From the NCBI RefSeq assembly GCF_011745625.1, contig NW_027191514.1, positions 1 to 52,029 of the forward strand: DNA of 52,029 bases, written 5' to 3'. The notes under the pieces were generated by a model, which worked only from the letters and a program-made list of their open reading frames with translations, searched no databases and was not told where the DNA came from. Of the stretch, positions 1-11,970 are shown piece after piece. The stretch is from Cladosporium halotolerans. Taxonomy: Eukaryota. The position numbers and the translations under genes were made by a program. Position 1 is the first letter of the stretch; the number at the start of each line of letters is the position of its first letter.

Positions 1-310
1 CTTGGGGGCAAGCAGTCGAGATCGGCATGAAGGGTCCGTCCGGTATGCCTACACATACTAGTGTGCCTCCAGACTTAGGCAGCGATAGCGCCGATGCATG
101 AGCTGAGTGGGATGCCGTCAGGACAAACGCAGCTCGGGCGCCAACATGATTGGTGATGTCAAGCACTCCGGCCTTCAGATCATCCGAACGGTAATCGATA
201 AAGCGCTCGGCGCCAGACGCGAGAACGAAATTTTTCTTTTCGTGGGAATCGATGCCAATGACGCGCATTCCCATGCGTCGAGAAGCGATCAGACAAGCGA
301 GATGTCCCAG
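1..310 (-). pseudogene. Zinc-type (MDR) alcohol dehydrogenase exon, upstream exons not found; runs off the window
   Basis: Manual minus-strand translation from 310 gives LGHLACLIASRRMGMRVIGIDSHEKKNFVLASGAERFIDY...GGTLVCVGIP, which resembles the NAD-binding half of fungal ADHs. A branch site and acceptor (actaac...tacacag) end at 311. No ADH-like coding sequence was seen in 330-800. Confidence 0.65.
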
Positions 311-1889
311 CTGTGTACAGATTAGTTAGTTAATGCGGGCCAGCAGTACGAAAACAAATTCTTGAAGCACCGATCGCGTTGATAACCGTTCCATCGTCCG
401 TTTAAAAATGTCGCCGTCATTGTTCGACGCGTCTGCTTTCGAGCCTGCACGAGGGTGACGCGTAGTCGTGATGGAGATGACAGTAGATGCGCTGGATGGC
501 TGCGACAAGAGGAACGTCGTGGATCGGAACGCATGCCGTCAGGGACCGTTAACGGAGGTTGCGGCATGCAAATAAGCGCCAAAATGGTCTTTCTGCAGGA
601 TCAGCCCTAGAGCCCCTTGACTAGGGTCAGACGCGGAGGCGCTCCGATGTTGCGAGCTCTGCTCTAATTGATTCGTCCGGACAGCACCGCGCGGCAAGGC
701 GGGCTTGATGTTGTGGGCTGCAGTGCGGCCGGCGAGACATGCTAAAGTGAAGATTCGCTTGTGATTGGCCGAGTGACATTTTATGATTCGCGTGGTTCGC
801 TTTACTTGGTATGTTCTTCCCGCTAGTTCACGAATTTGCCAACATCAGTAGGGTCGAGGCGAGTGAGAAAGCATGCGAGGCGGTGATCGTAAACCGGGCG
901 AAATGTCTCCGGGCGAAATATATCAAGGCGAGAGCTCGTCAAGGTCTCCGCCAAGCAGCAGCCCGTGGCTAGATGACTGGTGACTTCAGCAAAGTCGCCC
1001 GCCATACAGGAGAGGTTGGAGTTGTCTCCGTCGGCTTTCATTGAATTTATAGCGGACGGTTTGAACTGTAACTCCAGCACCGCAAACCAGGTAGGAGTCC
1101 CTCCATAGTGGCGGGTCCCACCGTTACGTTTTTGGGCAGAAGGGACGGTAGTCAAGCGGAAAGATAGCATCCCCGCAAGCAGCAATGACCCGCTCCTGCT
1201 CGGCAATCTCCGCAATCCTACTCATCGCACTCACGTATGACTTGCCCACGACAGGCGGCATCATCCGACTGACTTCCTCTCTGACGACAAAGCTACTCCT
1301 TCGGACTCGCAGTATGCTCGATTGTGCTGGGATTCGTACGAAGCGTCTGTGTCTTGACAAACAAGCTTGCGTCAGAGATTCTGCCGGAAGCGTTACGAGA
1401 CCCTCGGAATAGCGTCACCGAGAATGGTTACATGGCCATCACACCGGTCATACGAGATATCGAGGAGCTCTAAGTCATGTGAGCAGTCAATCCGTGGCTT
1501 TTCACAAAAGCTGGAGGTTGCTTCCGAAATCTCGAACTGCAGACCGATGCGGGCAATTTCAGGGCGATTGTTGTTGGAGTGATGTCTGGACGGCATGGCA
1601 CTAGATCAGCACATCTTCACCCAGGACTCACTATGTGACATGCGGCACACGATCATGTAGCGACTTGAGGGTAGCAGTCAGCGAATCAAAGCCTTTGGAC
1701 ATGTGGCTCGCGGAAACAACACAATCATAGGCTGCTGTATTGACCGGAGGATTCTCCGAGCGAAATGCATGACGCACAGCTATCTCTAGCTAATTAAGCG
1801 GGGTGGTGGGAGGGGCCGGGGTTTCAAAGCCAAAATGCTGGGAAGCTTCCTGCGCCCTCTACCTCATAAAGACGAAGCCAACACGATCT

Positions 1890-3900
1890 AGCGCAGACGT
1901 CGCGAGGGGGTACTGCTTGCGAAAGATGCCTAAACGTGATGATGTAACGCTTGTCGTTCACGAAAACAATGGCCAGTGGACGCGACGCCTATTGGTACGG
2001 ACAAGCATTGAGACACTCTAGTACAACAGCGCGACACCAAGATGCAGCGTGTGTCAGATTAGGACTACTGAATGCATCTACGTGTCAATCCAGTGGTGCC
2101 CTGATTCGCCGCGCTCAAAACGGCATACTCCCAGCTACGGTCAAAATACCATGATCTATGGAGCCTCTTTGCCCGGGTAAAGAAAGGAAGCGCAGTGGAA
2201 GCATCCGTGCTTCCCGAGCGGATCAGGATGGAAGGACGGATGCCAGAGACGGTCGTGGGTATGGGTCTGTTGGATGACGCCTCGGACGATGCGGATCTCT
2301 CGGGCAATGCCATAGTAATGGCACACAACAGTGCGTGAAAAGAATTGTCTTGCCAGACACATACTGATCATATGAGCAGGTTCAGATTGTGCACTGCTGC
2401 AGGAGGCAGGAGTAACCCCCAATTTTACGCCATCGCGAGGGCCATGTCAGCCACCACTCGACACAAATACGCAGTCGGCGTATGACAAACTCCATCCCGC
2501 AGCCTCGAACTTCAATCACGCGATTCCTAGCGTGTGCGAGTGGGGACCACGAGATACCGGGAGACGCCATGCACATATCAGTGCGTCCCACAAGATATTC
2601 CTGTGGCCAGCCATCTACCGTCGATTCGCGCTTGGCGGTGCAGTGCCATCACCGAACCCACGACCGCTCGCATGAATAGGCTCTTCCTGGCTGACGAAGA
2701 AAAGCGTTGTAGGAAATAAGAGCCTGCAATGCGAAGAGAATGGAGTATTCTCTAGACTGACATCTGGATGCGTGCTATTTCCTGACTTGGGAGTTCAGCA
2801 GGTTGAAGACTAATCGACAGCGTATTTTGACACATTCAACAGATTGTTCCCACTGCTCGATCGCCAACCCTTCATGACCTGGGTTCTCTCCAGACTATCA
2901 CGCCAGGGCTATAGAGATAATGATCCGGAGAGTGTGCTGGCACTTCTCGTGTGTGCTCTTGGCCAATTGGCTCGTGACATTTCATCCACTGTCTATGGTC
3001 GTTCTCCATGGTGAAGAAAGCAGCTTCCGTGGCGGGGCTATCAGAAGGCCTGCTGGTTTGGGACTTCTCAACCGGGCTCCTCGGCGGTGTGGGATCATAT
3101 CGACGCAATTTTCCTTGGAAATTGTGCAGATATTGCTGCTGCAGGGGACGTAATTCGAAGCGTGTGCTCGACACGCCGAGTTCTAAAGCTAGGTCATTGC
3201 AGCAGCAATGCCATGCATGTGTCTCGTCAGAACGAAGCCATCCATTGGCCATCTCAATGCGTTAACCTCGTCAAACGTGCATTCTGGATCTGTGTATTCT
3301 ACGAAAGAGCGATTAGTATCGAATTCTGCGTGGCTGACACGGGTATAGAGACTCTGGCAAACCTTGTGCCAATGCCACACTTCCCGGACATCCTCTTTGA
3401 GGAGCAACAGTCTCGTCTCGCTGGATTCGCAAGTCCTCGAGGATCAATGGTGCCGCAAGAGAACGATTACGCGTACCATTTCAGTGCTACGACAGCCCTC
3501 GGACCACTGATCAGAAGGGCGAATGACATTGTCCACGAGCATGAGCCGGTTTTGCACGGACGATCCTCAGAGGTCTCCGTGGCTCATGCCAAAGATGAGT
3601 TCTCTGTCGGGATTTGGATCTCGAGCAACATGATGGAGTTCCCTTTCAGCTCGTGCGAGCTTTGGCCCGGAACTCAACGCTTGCTGGCTCAGCGTGGCAT
3701 ACGAGTAACGTGCGAGCCGAACTTAGGCTAGGTACGATGGAGTAACGATTCATAAGAGTATCAATTCAGCTACGCGTGTGCAAATATATCTTATTACTTC
3801 TCATCGACTTTCCGCCATCGCGTCTTTCGATGACCATGGCAATGAACGATCCACCATACGCTTGCCAGACAGCCAGGCAGATAACCGGGCTTCAATGACT
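1890..3900 (+). pseudogene. Degraded Zn2Cys6 fungal transcription factor
   Basis: ATPRCSVCQIRTTECIY (about 2030-2082) is the second half of a Zn cluster. YFDTFNRLFPLLDR (2823) and KRAFWICVFYERAISIEF...LVPMPHF (about 3270-3385) match the fungal TF middle-homology region. Multiple stops and frameshifts; boundaries approximate. Confidence 0.65.
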
Positions 3901-5215
3901 CCTGAGCCTAGGCAGCTATAGCTCCGTAAGTAGTGAACGAAGCACATCCAAGACCTGTGTCAAAGTCAATCATGACGTGACTGCCAGGCGACTCGATCTA
4001 GAATGTCGGCTTAGCTTGCGAAGAGTGTGTGCGCCCAGTACCAGAAGAGGAAGACAAGGTTGCTTTTGGTAGAGCGTACAAGGACAATCTATTCAAGCGA
4101 ATGATACAAGTCAGCATGGCTGAACATGGCAGATAACGGCTGTGAATACTCATTGGGTTCATTTCTAGCGGATAGACGAGCTTTGCTAATGGTCGAGTGG
4201 AGAACGAGCAATACTCTCAGTCTCAGCCTGGCCTGCCGCAAAGCTCGCCCGTGTCTTGTATCATTCAATCTACTGATTAACGTTTGCGCGTTGGATCTCG
4301 CTACGCTCGTTAGGGTTACCTTTCATGACGCTCCCGAAGAAAGCCGAAGGCCGGGTGTAGGGCTACGGCTGAGCGTTACACACGGATACGATCGGCCGAG
4401 CCAACACTTTGTCGTGGACAAGCTTGCAAGCCAGAAATGTCCTCTGTCTGAGCCTGAAGCTCTTCGGACAGCTCGATCCCATGCACGAATATCCACGAGA
4501 TGATGGTTTTCCCGACGCTACCCTTTGCGCGCGTATAGATTTGTCATATCGCATGCCTCTATAGCTTCGGTCTTCGGCATGAATTATCGCTTTAAAGGGT
4601 TAGGGTGTGCAGTCGGACTGACAAACACTTCATCTGCGCCAGTAACGATTCCGTCACTTTGCAGAAATAATTAAATGATCAGCATTCCAGCGAGCTCGAC
4701 TGTCGGTAGAGAAGCCATTTTTTTTTGATGATACTGCGTTTGTAATGATGGCCGTCGTTGCTCTGACCTATCTGCCAAGTAATAGATACGCTCGGGCTTG
4801 ATTGCCTACTTTCAACCATCTGAACCAAGTACGGCGGTCCATACTGTACGCAAATTGGTGTGATCTGAAGGTTCGACGAGTATCGCCGAAGCAGTAGAGC
4901 TACAGCATGCTAGCGTGCAGCCATGGTCCGATGGGATTCTGGATCGGCTGGCGTGCAAAGCTCTTTCCCGAAAACACATCAAACGCTTTTGCGGTTTTCA
5001 CTTCTCATTCATTTGGCGTGAACAGCGTTTGATTGCGCCCCTCTCAATTACAATTTGCAGATGTACCCAAGTACCCATCCACACCACCAAACTTCGGGCT
5101 TAGGCTCGAGCGGGCTCTGCCGTCGATCCGCCGCGTGTCATAGGTACGTTTGGTTGTGGGACCTTGTGGATATCTTGGATTCATCGGTTCCCAACTACAA
5201 AGATGGATCCTTCTG

Positions 5216-5735
5216 TCATGGCCCGTTAACAATTCGGCTTCCTGTAGAAATCCCCATTTGGATCATGGCGCGCCTCACAGCCTCCTCATTTTTAGAGTCC
5301 CAAGAAATTGCGCCGAGAACTGCCCTTACGGCTGTTGCGAGAACTTCTTCGGTGACATCGCCTTGGTGGCTTGAATTTAGTGCAGCCAAACCACGATCGA
5401 GGCCTACTTTCCTAGCCGTTAGAGCTAGGTTGAAATTGCTACCGATTGTCCAGACAAGCCAGGCACTTCTTTCTATGCGTAATCACAAAGTGAGATAGTT
5501 CGGCAAGCAGTCTAAGGTCCTTCATCCACATACCTTTCGGATCGCCAGTCTGATACCAATCGTTGAGAATAACATCTCTCAGCCGTGCATCCCCTATCGT
5601 GGCCAGGCGTCTATTTGCATCAACCGAGCAAACTCCCGTCGTGTCTAAGGCCTCTTCGAGCAGACTGCTGTTGTGAAAAGCATAACCAGTCACATCTCGG
5701 ATAACAGCGTGTGCTATTTCGTTGCTGGAAGCCAT
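5216..5735 (-). CDS. Stand-alone RNase III-domain protein, 152 aa, 2 exons (5735-5534, 5472-5216), catalytic residues degenerate
   Basis: Splicing a GTATGT...TAG intron (5533-5473) gives an open frame: GYAFHNSSLLEEALDT...NRRLATIGDARL...IGSNFNLALTARKVGL...VLATAVRAVLGAISWD. These motifs are collinear with the RNase III fold. No dsRBD. Confidence 0.75.
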
Positions 5736-5941
5736 GCTTGCATCGGTAAGCCTGGTGAACAGTGGGCAGTTAAGGAAGACTATATTGAATTCCACAGAAA
5801 TGAAAGAGTGTGACATAGGATTGTAAGAGATAGAGTGATGGTGCAGCCATCCACCGAGGTCGCGCAGCCTTGACGAGTGAGTGACGCATGCGCGGAGCAA
5901 AATGCGCTTCCAGCACCGGCGGAAGCGCAGTGACAGATATA

Positions 5942-6690
5942 AGCTTTCCCCACTGCGTGCACAAAGATTCATTAGTAATGCCATGAAATTCAAAACCGCA
6001 CAGCTTGACTTGCAACGATCCGGTCTAGCCACCACAGAACTTATTCGAAAACCGAAAGCGTACACTAATACCTTAATTCTCACTCAATCATCATATCGCG
6101 CTAATCGACTTAAGTTTCGGCCAAACTTTGTCATTTGCTGGTTTACCGGCACTCCGACTGCACAAAAGGATTTTTTTTTAACCTCCGAAAGTCTGCTTGC
6201 ATCTTCAGCCGTCATTCAGACCTCCACTCTGATCGTCACGGAATGATTTCAAGCCTTTTCTTCAGGACTTCTGAGCTCCTTTGATCCTTGGTTTTGCAGT
6301 CTTCCTTTCTTCCATAGCTAAGATGCCTTTGCTTTCCTCGCACTTCGTCCGAACTCCTCTCTTCCAACCCCTTATCTCGGGCTCTTTCTTGAGCTACGAG
6401 CTCTCTGTTCCACGTTGACTGCTCTTTCTCTAGTACTCGGCGCTGCTGAATGTCTCGAGACCTCTGGATCGTGTCGGGCTCAGAATGAGCGTGCGTGAGC
6501 CCTCAGGCGCTCTCAGCCCTTCGACACAGTCTGTTTTTTCTTCCTCTTCTTCTTTGGTTCTTAACGGCAGCTTCAATCTGCTGGTCTCACAGCCCAGAGA
6601 GTGCCAGCTTAGCGGAAAGACCGAGGATCGTATTGCCAATCTTTTCTTCTAGGGTTCCTCGTCACTTCTGGCTGCGCCAGCGTTGACGGC
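5942..6690 (-). mobile_element. pogo/Fot1-like DNA transposon 3' remnant (copy 1)
   Basis: Broken frames read EKIGNTILGLSAKLAL...PDTIQRSRDI...EKEQ...TKFGRNLSRLARYDD*, homologous to ORF 43986-44621. Ends in TA|AGCTTTCCCCAC, similar to the ends at 27980 and 43829. Confidence 0.6.
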
Positions 6691-7189
6691 GTTCCTAGGA
6701 ATATTGCTTGCTGATCGGGGTGCGTTCTCCCACACGCGCGATGGGGCCGTGGAGTGCTTTACTGTGAACGTGATACAGTAGCGCAAATGCTCCAATGCGG
6801 AGGCTGCAATCTATGCATAGAGTGTATCAGAAAAACGACAACCAAGATCCTGTGGCTGTTGCAATGTCTCAGAAACTCGCGGCCGTTTTTATCGCCCCTG
6901 GAACGTGCTCATGGTAAGGGTCCGCATTTCGTAAGTAAGGGTGTAAACAGTCAGCTCCATGGCCATGAATAGGTATTAGATGTGTTCAGCAGCGATATTA
7001 TGTATCTATAGGACAGAGTCCCCACAATTTTGTGTATGAAGCTTCCAAAATCATCTAGCCGATTGGTGCAGATGCTGCATCTTCTTTCAGCATTGACGAG
7101 CTCCCTTTCAGGCGCGTTGAGACACAGCAACGAGTTCACAACGATGTACGTACTCTATTGCACAGCAAAATGTGTCATCGGAAGCTGTC

Positions 7190-7390
7190 ACTAGTGCCCA
7201 AGCCGAGCGAGCGCAGAAGGACCAGGCCGATTCTGCCGCAAGTCGGACCACCATTCGCCGTTTGATCATACGGCGAGATCTGTCATTCTCAGCCACAGGT
7301 TGGGAAGACCTGCATACACTGCTATACGCTTGCAATCCATACGCGGCAGAGGCTACGCTGAATCCGCGCGCTGCTATGACAATCGAATGT
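7190..7390 (+). mobile_element. Small hAT transposase fragment
   Basis: IRRLIIRRDLSFSATGWEDLHTLLYACNPYAA aligns with ILRLIVRRDLPLRLPCWPEMSTLVHAANYMAT of the intact transposase at 9549-11645. Confidence 0.65.
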
Positions 7391-9391
7391 AGTTACGAGC
7401 AGGACGGTCAGTCACGCTTGCAGTCTGGCTTTGAGTATCCTGGGACACGCCATCGAAACAAATATTTGTTCAAGCCGATGTGCTCGGTGTTTTTACAGTG
7501 TTGCAGATGTGCTGTCGGGACCCGTTAGATTCTCCTTCGTCCTCAATTCTCGAGCCAACACCCCGCGCGCTGCCTTCAGAATTGCGACAGGGTCACGGCA
7601 TGTCTCCTTTCAAAAGGTCCCGCACCTCAGGGTCGCCTAGGATCCAAAGCGCCTGTCCTTATCCTGAAATTTGCTCGTTGAACACACAGCAATGGCTCCG
7701 CTAAAGACGACACCACCACCTTATATGGGAAACTTTTAGTACTTTTCGTTTCGCACCGACATGTGCATTCGTCCGTTCGAGCCACGCAGACTGTGTCAGC
7801 CGTCGCCGCCATGTTGCGTGCTACGTACCGCGGCCACAGCCGTTTCGCATGACCATGGGAGGTCTTTCGTCAAGGCCGATCATGTCTCGCGGTGAGAGAT
7901 CGAGACGTCGCCCTAGCCAGAAACGAAGCCTTTTTACTCAATCGCCCAACCAAAGCTATTCTCGCATCTTCAGAGGTCCCCCTCAGAGTGGCCCTGTCCC
8001 TCGAAAGGGCACGATCTTTGTTTCCCAGTAGATCCGTAGACTGGTATCCATCTCCCAACGAAGGAGCATATAAATTGCGTCCTAACCAGTTCTGTGTGCC
8101 GGTGATCTGTTCCCTCACTTTCGGGTGCGGCTTCTACACCGCAACCAGGCGTGAGTCGGCTACCCTCGCCAGCACACTAGCTAACTGCACATGCGGTGCC
8201 AATTCCAGAGAGCTCATAGGACAGGGTGTCTTTTCTCTCGCTATGTTGGTATTTGTTCACCAAAGAGCAGGAGCTCTTCGATTTAAAGCGCCGATAGATC
8301 GCTTGGAATAGACACTGCAATATTATTTGCTAGTCCCGCGACGTTCGTTATGTGCCACCATGAACGCGTGGTGTTGCAATGGATCGCCCCTCTTGTAGAT
8401 ACTGTAGAGACTTAAGCGTTCAACGTCCAAAATTTTGCATGCTGTTATGCATGCGCCATGCGTGATGCTTCGCCTCATATGAGGCAGTCACGCGTGAGGG
8501 AAGTGTCTCATTTGGTACTTAAATTATGACACGTGTCAGACATACCTTGGAAGACTCGCATTCAAAAGATCATTTCTGAGCTTGTGATCTGAAAGTGGAG
8601 AGCAAGAAAGGAGTATTTTGTAGAAAGCCCACATATTATGGAAGTAGCTGGGGTGGCATCACAGAGTGCGACAGTGAACGTCTCACGCCCCAGTTTGAGT
8701 GTTGCAACGCTGTGGGGACATGACGTAGAGGTCATCTTTGACGTGACAGTATGATGATGCACTGCGACAGGGATGCGTTCCGCGTTATGATCGGTTTGGC
8801 ATTAGCTGTCCGTGCTCGGTGTCATGCGACTGCAGCGCATATGGGTGTCTCTTCCGTTGAAATGTAGAGTTAAAGGCCAGTAAATAGATGATCATCTTGG
8901 AGAAAGCCCTCTCCCTCGTGAATATTGTACATTCAAGTGAACCTATGTCAATTGATAGTGTTTCCGTCCAGGTAGTACTTACGATCTTTTCCATAGAGAT
9001 CAACGCTTGTAGCGTAGCGTCCGGCATTGTGTCCTAAAAGCACAGGAACCATATCTTCCCGGGTCCGTAAGACGTAACTTCCCGATTGGTTTCATTTCCG
9101 GCTATGGAACTTTGCCGTAATTGTATGTTGAACGTTGCGCCAATGGCGTACAAGGTAGTCGGAAAGGCGCGGCAATGTCGTATGAACAGTACCAACTTCG
9201 CCATCCGTAGCCTTTTGCATAGTAATAGGTCACAATGATTCAAACAGACGCCGGTTGTTGGGTAATACAGTTGCTCACGTATCCAGCGATCTCACGTCCG
9301 AACAGGTATGCACTCACTCATTGGCTCGTTAGTTCTTACTTCTTGCTTCGACTTCGATTGCCAGATCTCACGATCCATCTCACGGGCCAGA

Positions 9392-11948
9392 GAGGACACC
9401 GACAGTCATGTCCAAAGAATATGCCATGTTCATGTCATGTGCAGCGGGAGGAATTCATGTTCATGTTCATGTCATGTCATGTGCACTGTGAAGCATAGAG
9501 TCTTGGCATTGTATGAAAATCACCGGGAACTATGTGGTTATCGATGCCCTACACCTCTTCAGCTTCAGAAACTTGAATCACGAAGTCATCCTCGACCACA
9601 CCGGTGATCTGCCAGTGTTTCAAGCATTCTAATGCTTCAATGATCGATATGCTCAGCTGGGACCGGGACCATGAGATGGTACGCCGTGCACCACTAAACA
9701 CACGTTCCGACTCTGCACTCATCGATGGTGCGCTTAGCACATCAAGAGCGTGTTGACAAAGTAGAGGATAAGCTTCCTGCTGTGACGGCTGGATCCACCA
9801 CTGGATCACCGACTTCGCCGTGAAATCCAAATTGTCAGATGGGCCCGCGATGAAACGCTCGAACTCGTCCAGAAGGCCTGCACCTTTGCTCTGTTGCTTT
9901 TTCTGAATAGACAACTGCCAACGAGCAAAAGGGTCCAGGTCCAGAGCTTCAGTCACCGGCTCTTCACCTACAACCGTCGCTTCAACGTTGTGGTGGTCAA
10001 GCCGTGTATACCACAGTGCTCTGGCCCGTTGAATTCCTTCTTGAACCCACCTCTGCTTCCATGCCGCAGTGAGATAGTTCTTGCGTTTATTAGGATGCAA
10101 CAGGATTGCGGTGACGTAGGCTGCAGACTGATCAATGAGCTTGTAGTACTTGTCGAATGCGTACCAGCATGTCATCAGGCTCTGGAGAAGCTCCGGATTG
10201 CTGCGGTATTTGTCCTTGCATTCGCCTAGGTGCGTCGCGAGAAAGTCCATGGTTTCTTGCACCGCGTCCAGCGTCACTTCATCACCCTCCAACTTCTTAC
10301 AAGCGATCTTGAATGGTACGAGAATGTCGATCGTGATCTTGACGAGGCCCCATTCTCTTGTGGAGAGCTCGAAATCAGCCAAATCTTTCGGGTGGTTGTG
10401 GATCAACTGGCTGTAAGAGTCGCGTAGCTGATAAGCGCCTTCGAACTCGTCGTACCAACTGTGCCACCTTGTGTCGTCCGGTTGGTGCAAAGAGCGCCCA
10501 GCAAGACACTTGAACTCTTGGAACAGCCTATCCGACCTGCGTAAGTACGCTCCGAAAGCGTGTATCTTCTGATGCGGAGCAACAGTGATCCATCCGCCTT
10601 CCGTGCCGCGGCGCGATAATACTGCGATCTCTTCATCGACCTCGCTCCCACGCAGATCAGCTTGTCGCAATGCTTCCTCGACAGCCTCGTGATCCTTCGC
10701 GAACAGGGATGCTTGCATTGGAAGGTTGATGATATGACCAGCGCAGCGCAATCTACCCTCCACGGCGTCCCAATCTGAGTCGAGGCCTTCCGAGAGGGTG
10801 CGACACATGGTGTCGTTACAAGTGGCGTTGTCGGTCGTCGTGTATCCGAGCAGATTCTTGATACCATAGAGATCCAGCACACGGATCACTTCTGCAGCGA
10901 CCAGGGACCCGGCATGGCCATCTGGCATCTCAGCGAGCGCAAGTAATGCTTTGCAGACGATGCCGTCGGCACGTAGCCAGTGCGCGGTAATGGCCTGCAA
11001 TTCCTTGCGGTTCGGCGAATGCCAAGTGTCGGTAGTAAGATGGATCTTACTCCTACTCTGGCGAAGGAGCGCTGCGAGCTCTGTACGCTTTGCCTCAAAG
11101 GTGCGTTTGATATGGTTTGCAGTAATTGTCGGAGAGTCCCATAGGGATGTCGTGGCCATATAGTTAGCGGCATGTACAAGCGTACTCATCTCCGGCCAGC
11201 AGGGAAGCCGGAGGGGAAGGTCTCTACGGACGATCAGTCGTAGGATTGCTTGCTGAATGCGGTCCTTGTCTGCTACGCTTCTCAGTAAGTCACGAAGCTC
11301 GGACTCTGCTTGTTTATCTTTCACAAGTCTCTGCTCTCCGAACATGGCGGCCAGGTCTTGCTGCTTAGCTTTCTTGACAGCGCCAGGTTCAAGTTCACCA
11401 AGTCGGAGGCCATGGTGCCGTTCTAAGTGCCAGCGGATGCCGGCAGCGCTGACCACAGAGTAATCCTCGCAACCTGTGCACGAACAATACCAGATCCTTC
11501 TTCCTGCCGAATTCCTTGTCAACTCAACGCCTGGTATGGGTTTACGGGAGTGCTCCCAGAGCAGCGGATTGAGACTGCGGCCGACCTTCCTCTTGCGTGA
11601 GCTGGTGCCGCTGGCCTCATCGTCAGACAAGCTTGATGCCGCCATCGCAATGACGGAGAGTTAGACCTCAGGGTCCGCAGATGTCTCGACTGGATGAAGA
11701 TCAGGGGGGCCGAGAACAGGAATGACTCCGATTGGCTCAATCGCCGGCCCCGCGTTTTCGCCACTGTTTCAACCAGGGTCGTGCAAGTCGTTCAGGCTGT
11801 AGACGACCCATTGTGCAGGTCATACTCGTCACGATTGGACATAATGAACATGTTCATGTTCAGACGCTCTATGTTCATGTCATGTCGGATCAATGAACAG
11901 GACATGACATAATGGACATAATGAACGTAATGGGCTGTCGGTGGACTG
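9392..11948 (-). mobile_element. hAT-superfamily DNA transposon, about 2.55 kb
   Basis: Imperfect terminal inverted match (GAGGACACCGACAG at 9392 versus CTGTCGGTGGACTG ending at 11948). Dense CATGTT/CATGTC/GACAT subterminal repeats at 9405-9482 and 11838-11930 flank the transposase. No 8-bp TSD recognised. Confidence 0.75.
9549..11645 (-). CDS. hAT transposase, 698 aa, uninterrupted
   Basis: BED-like finger (WYCSCTGC...HLERHH), TTDTW and TTDNAT catalytic Asp motifs, RCAGH CxxH, DTRWHSW, and C-terminal dimerisation domain QWW...SAESERVFS with the catalytic Glu. Confidence 0.95.
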   Translation of the reverse strand: MAASSLSDDEASGTSSRKRKVGRSLNPLLWEHSRKPIPGVELTRNSAGRRIWYCSCTGCEDYSVVSAAGIRWHLERHHGLRLGELEPGAVKKAKQQDLAAMFGEQRLVKDKQAESELRDLLRSVADKDRIQQAILRLIVRRDLPLRLPCWPEMSTLVHAANYMATTSLWDSPTITANHIKRTFEAKRTELAALLRQSRSKIHLTTDTWHSPNRKELQAITAHWLRADGIVCKALLALAEMPDGHAGSLVAAEVIRVLDLYGIKNLLGYTTTDNATCNDTMCRTLSEGLDSDWDAVEGRLRCAGHIINLPMQASLFAKDHEAVEEALRQADLRGSEVDEEIAVLSRRGTEGGWITVAPHQKIHAFGAYLRRSDRLFQEFKCLAGRSLHQPDDTRWHSWYDEFEGAYQLRDSYSQLIHNHPKDLADFELSTREWGLVKITIDILVPFKIACKKLEGDEVTLDAVQETMDFLATHLGECKDKYRSNPELLQSLMTCWYAFDKYYKLIDQSAAYVTAILLHPNKRKNYLTAAWKQRWVQEGIQRARALWYTRLDHHNVEATVVGEEPVTEALDLDPFARWQLSIQKKQQSKGAGLLDEFERFIAGPSDNLDFTAKSVIQWWIQPSQQEAYPLLCQHALDVLSAPSMSAESERVFSGARRTISWSRSQLSISIIEALECLKHWQITGVVEDDFVIQVSEAEEV

Positions 11949-11970
11949 TCATAATGAGACAGCCTTCATT

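Noticed and set aside
5439..6083. 214-aa ORF taken as a single gene
   Set aside because: Its 5' part crosses the pogo terminus and its 3' part reads into an intron. The spliced model 5735-5216 fits better.
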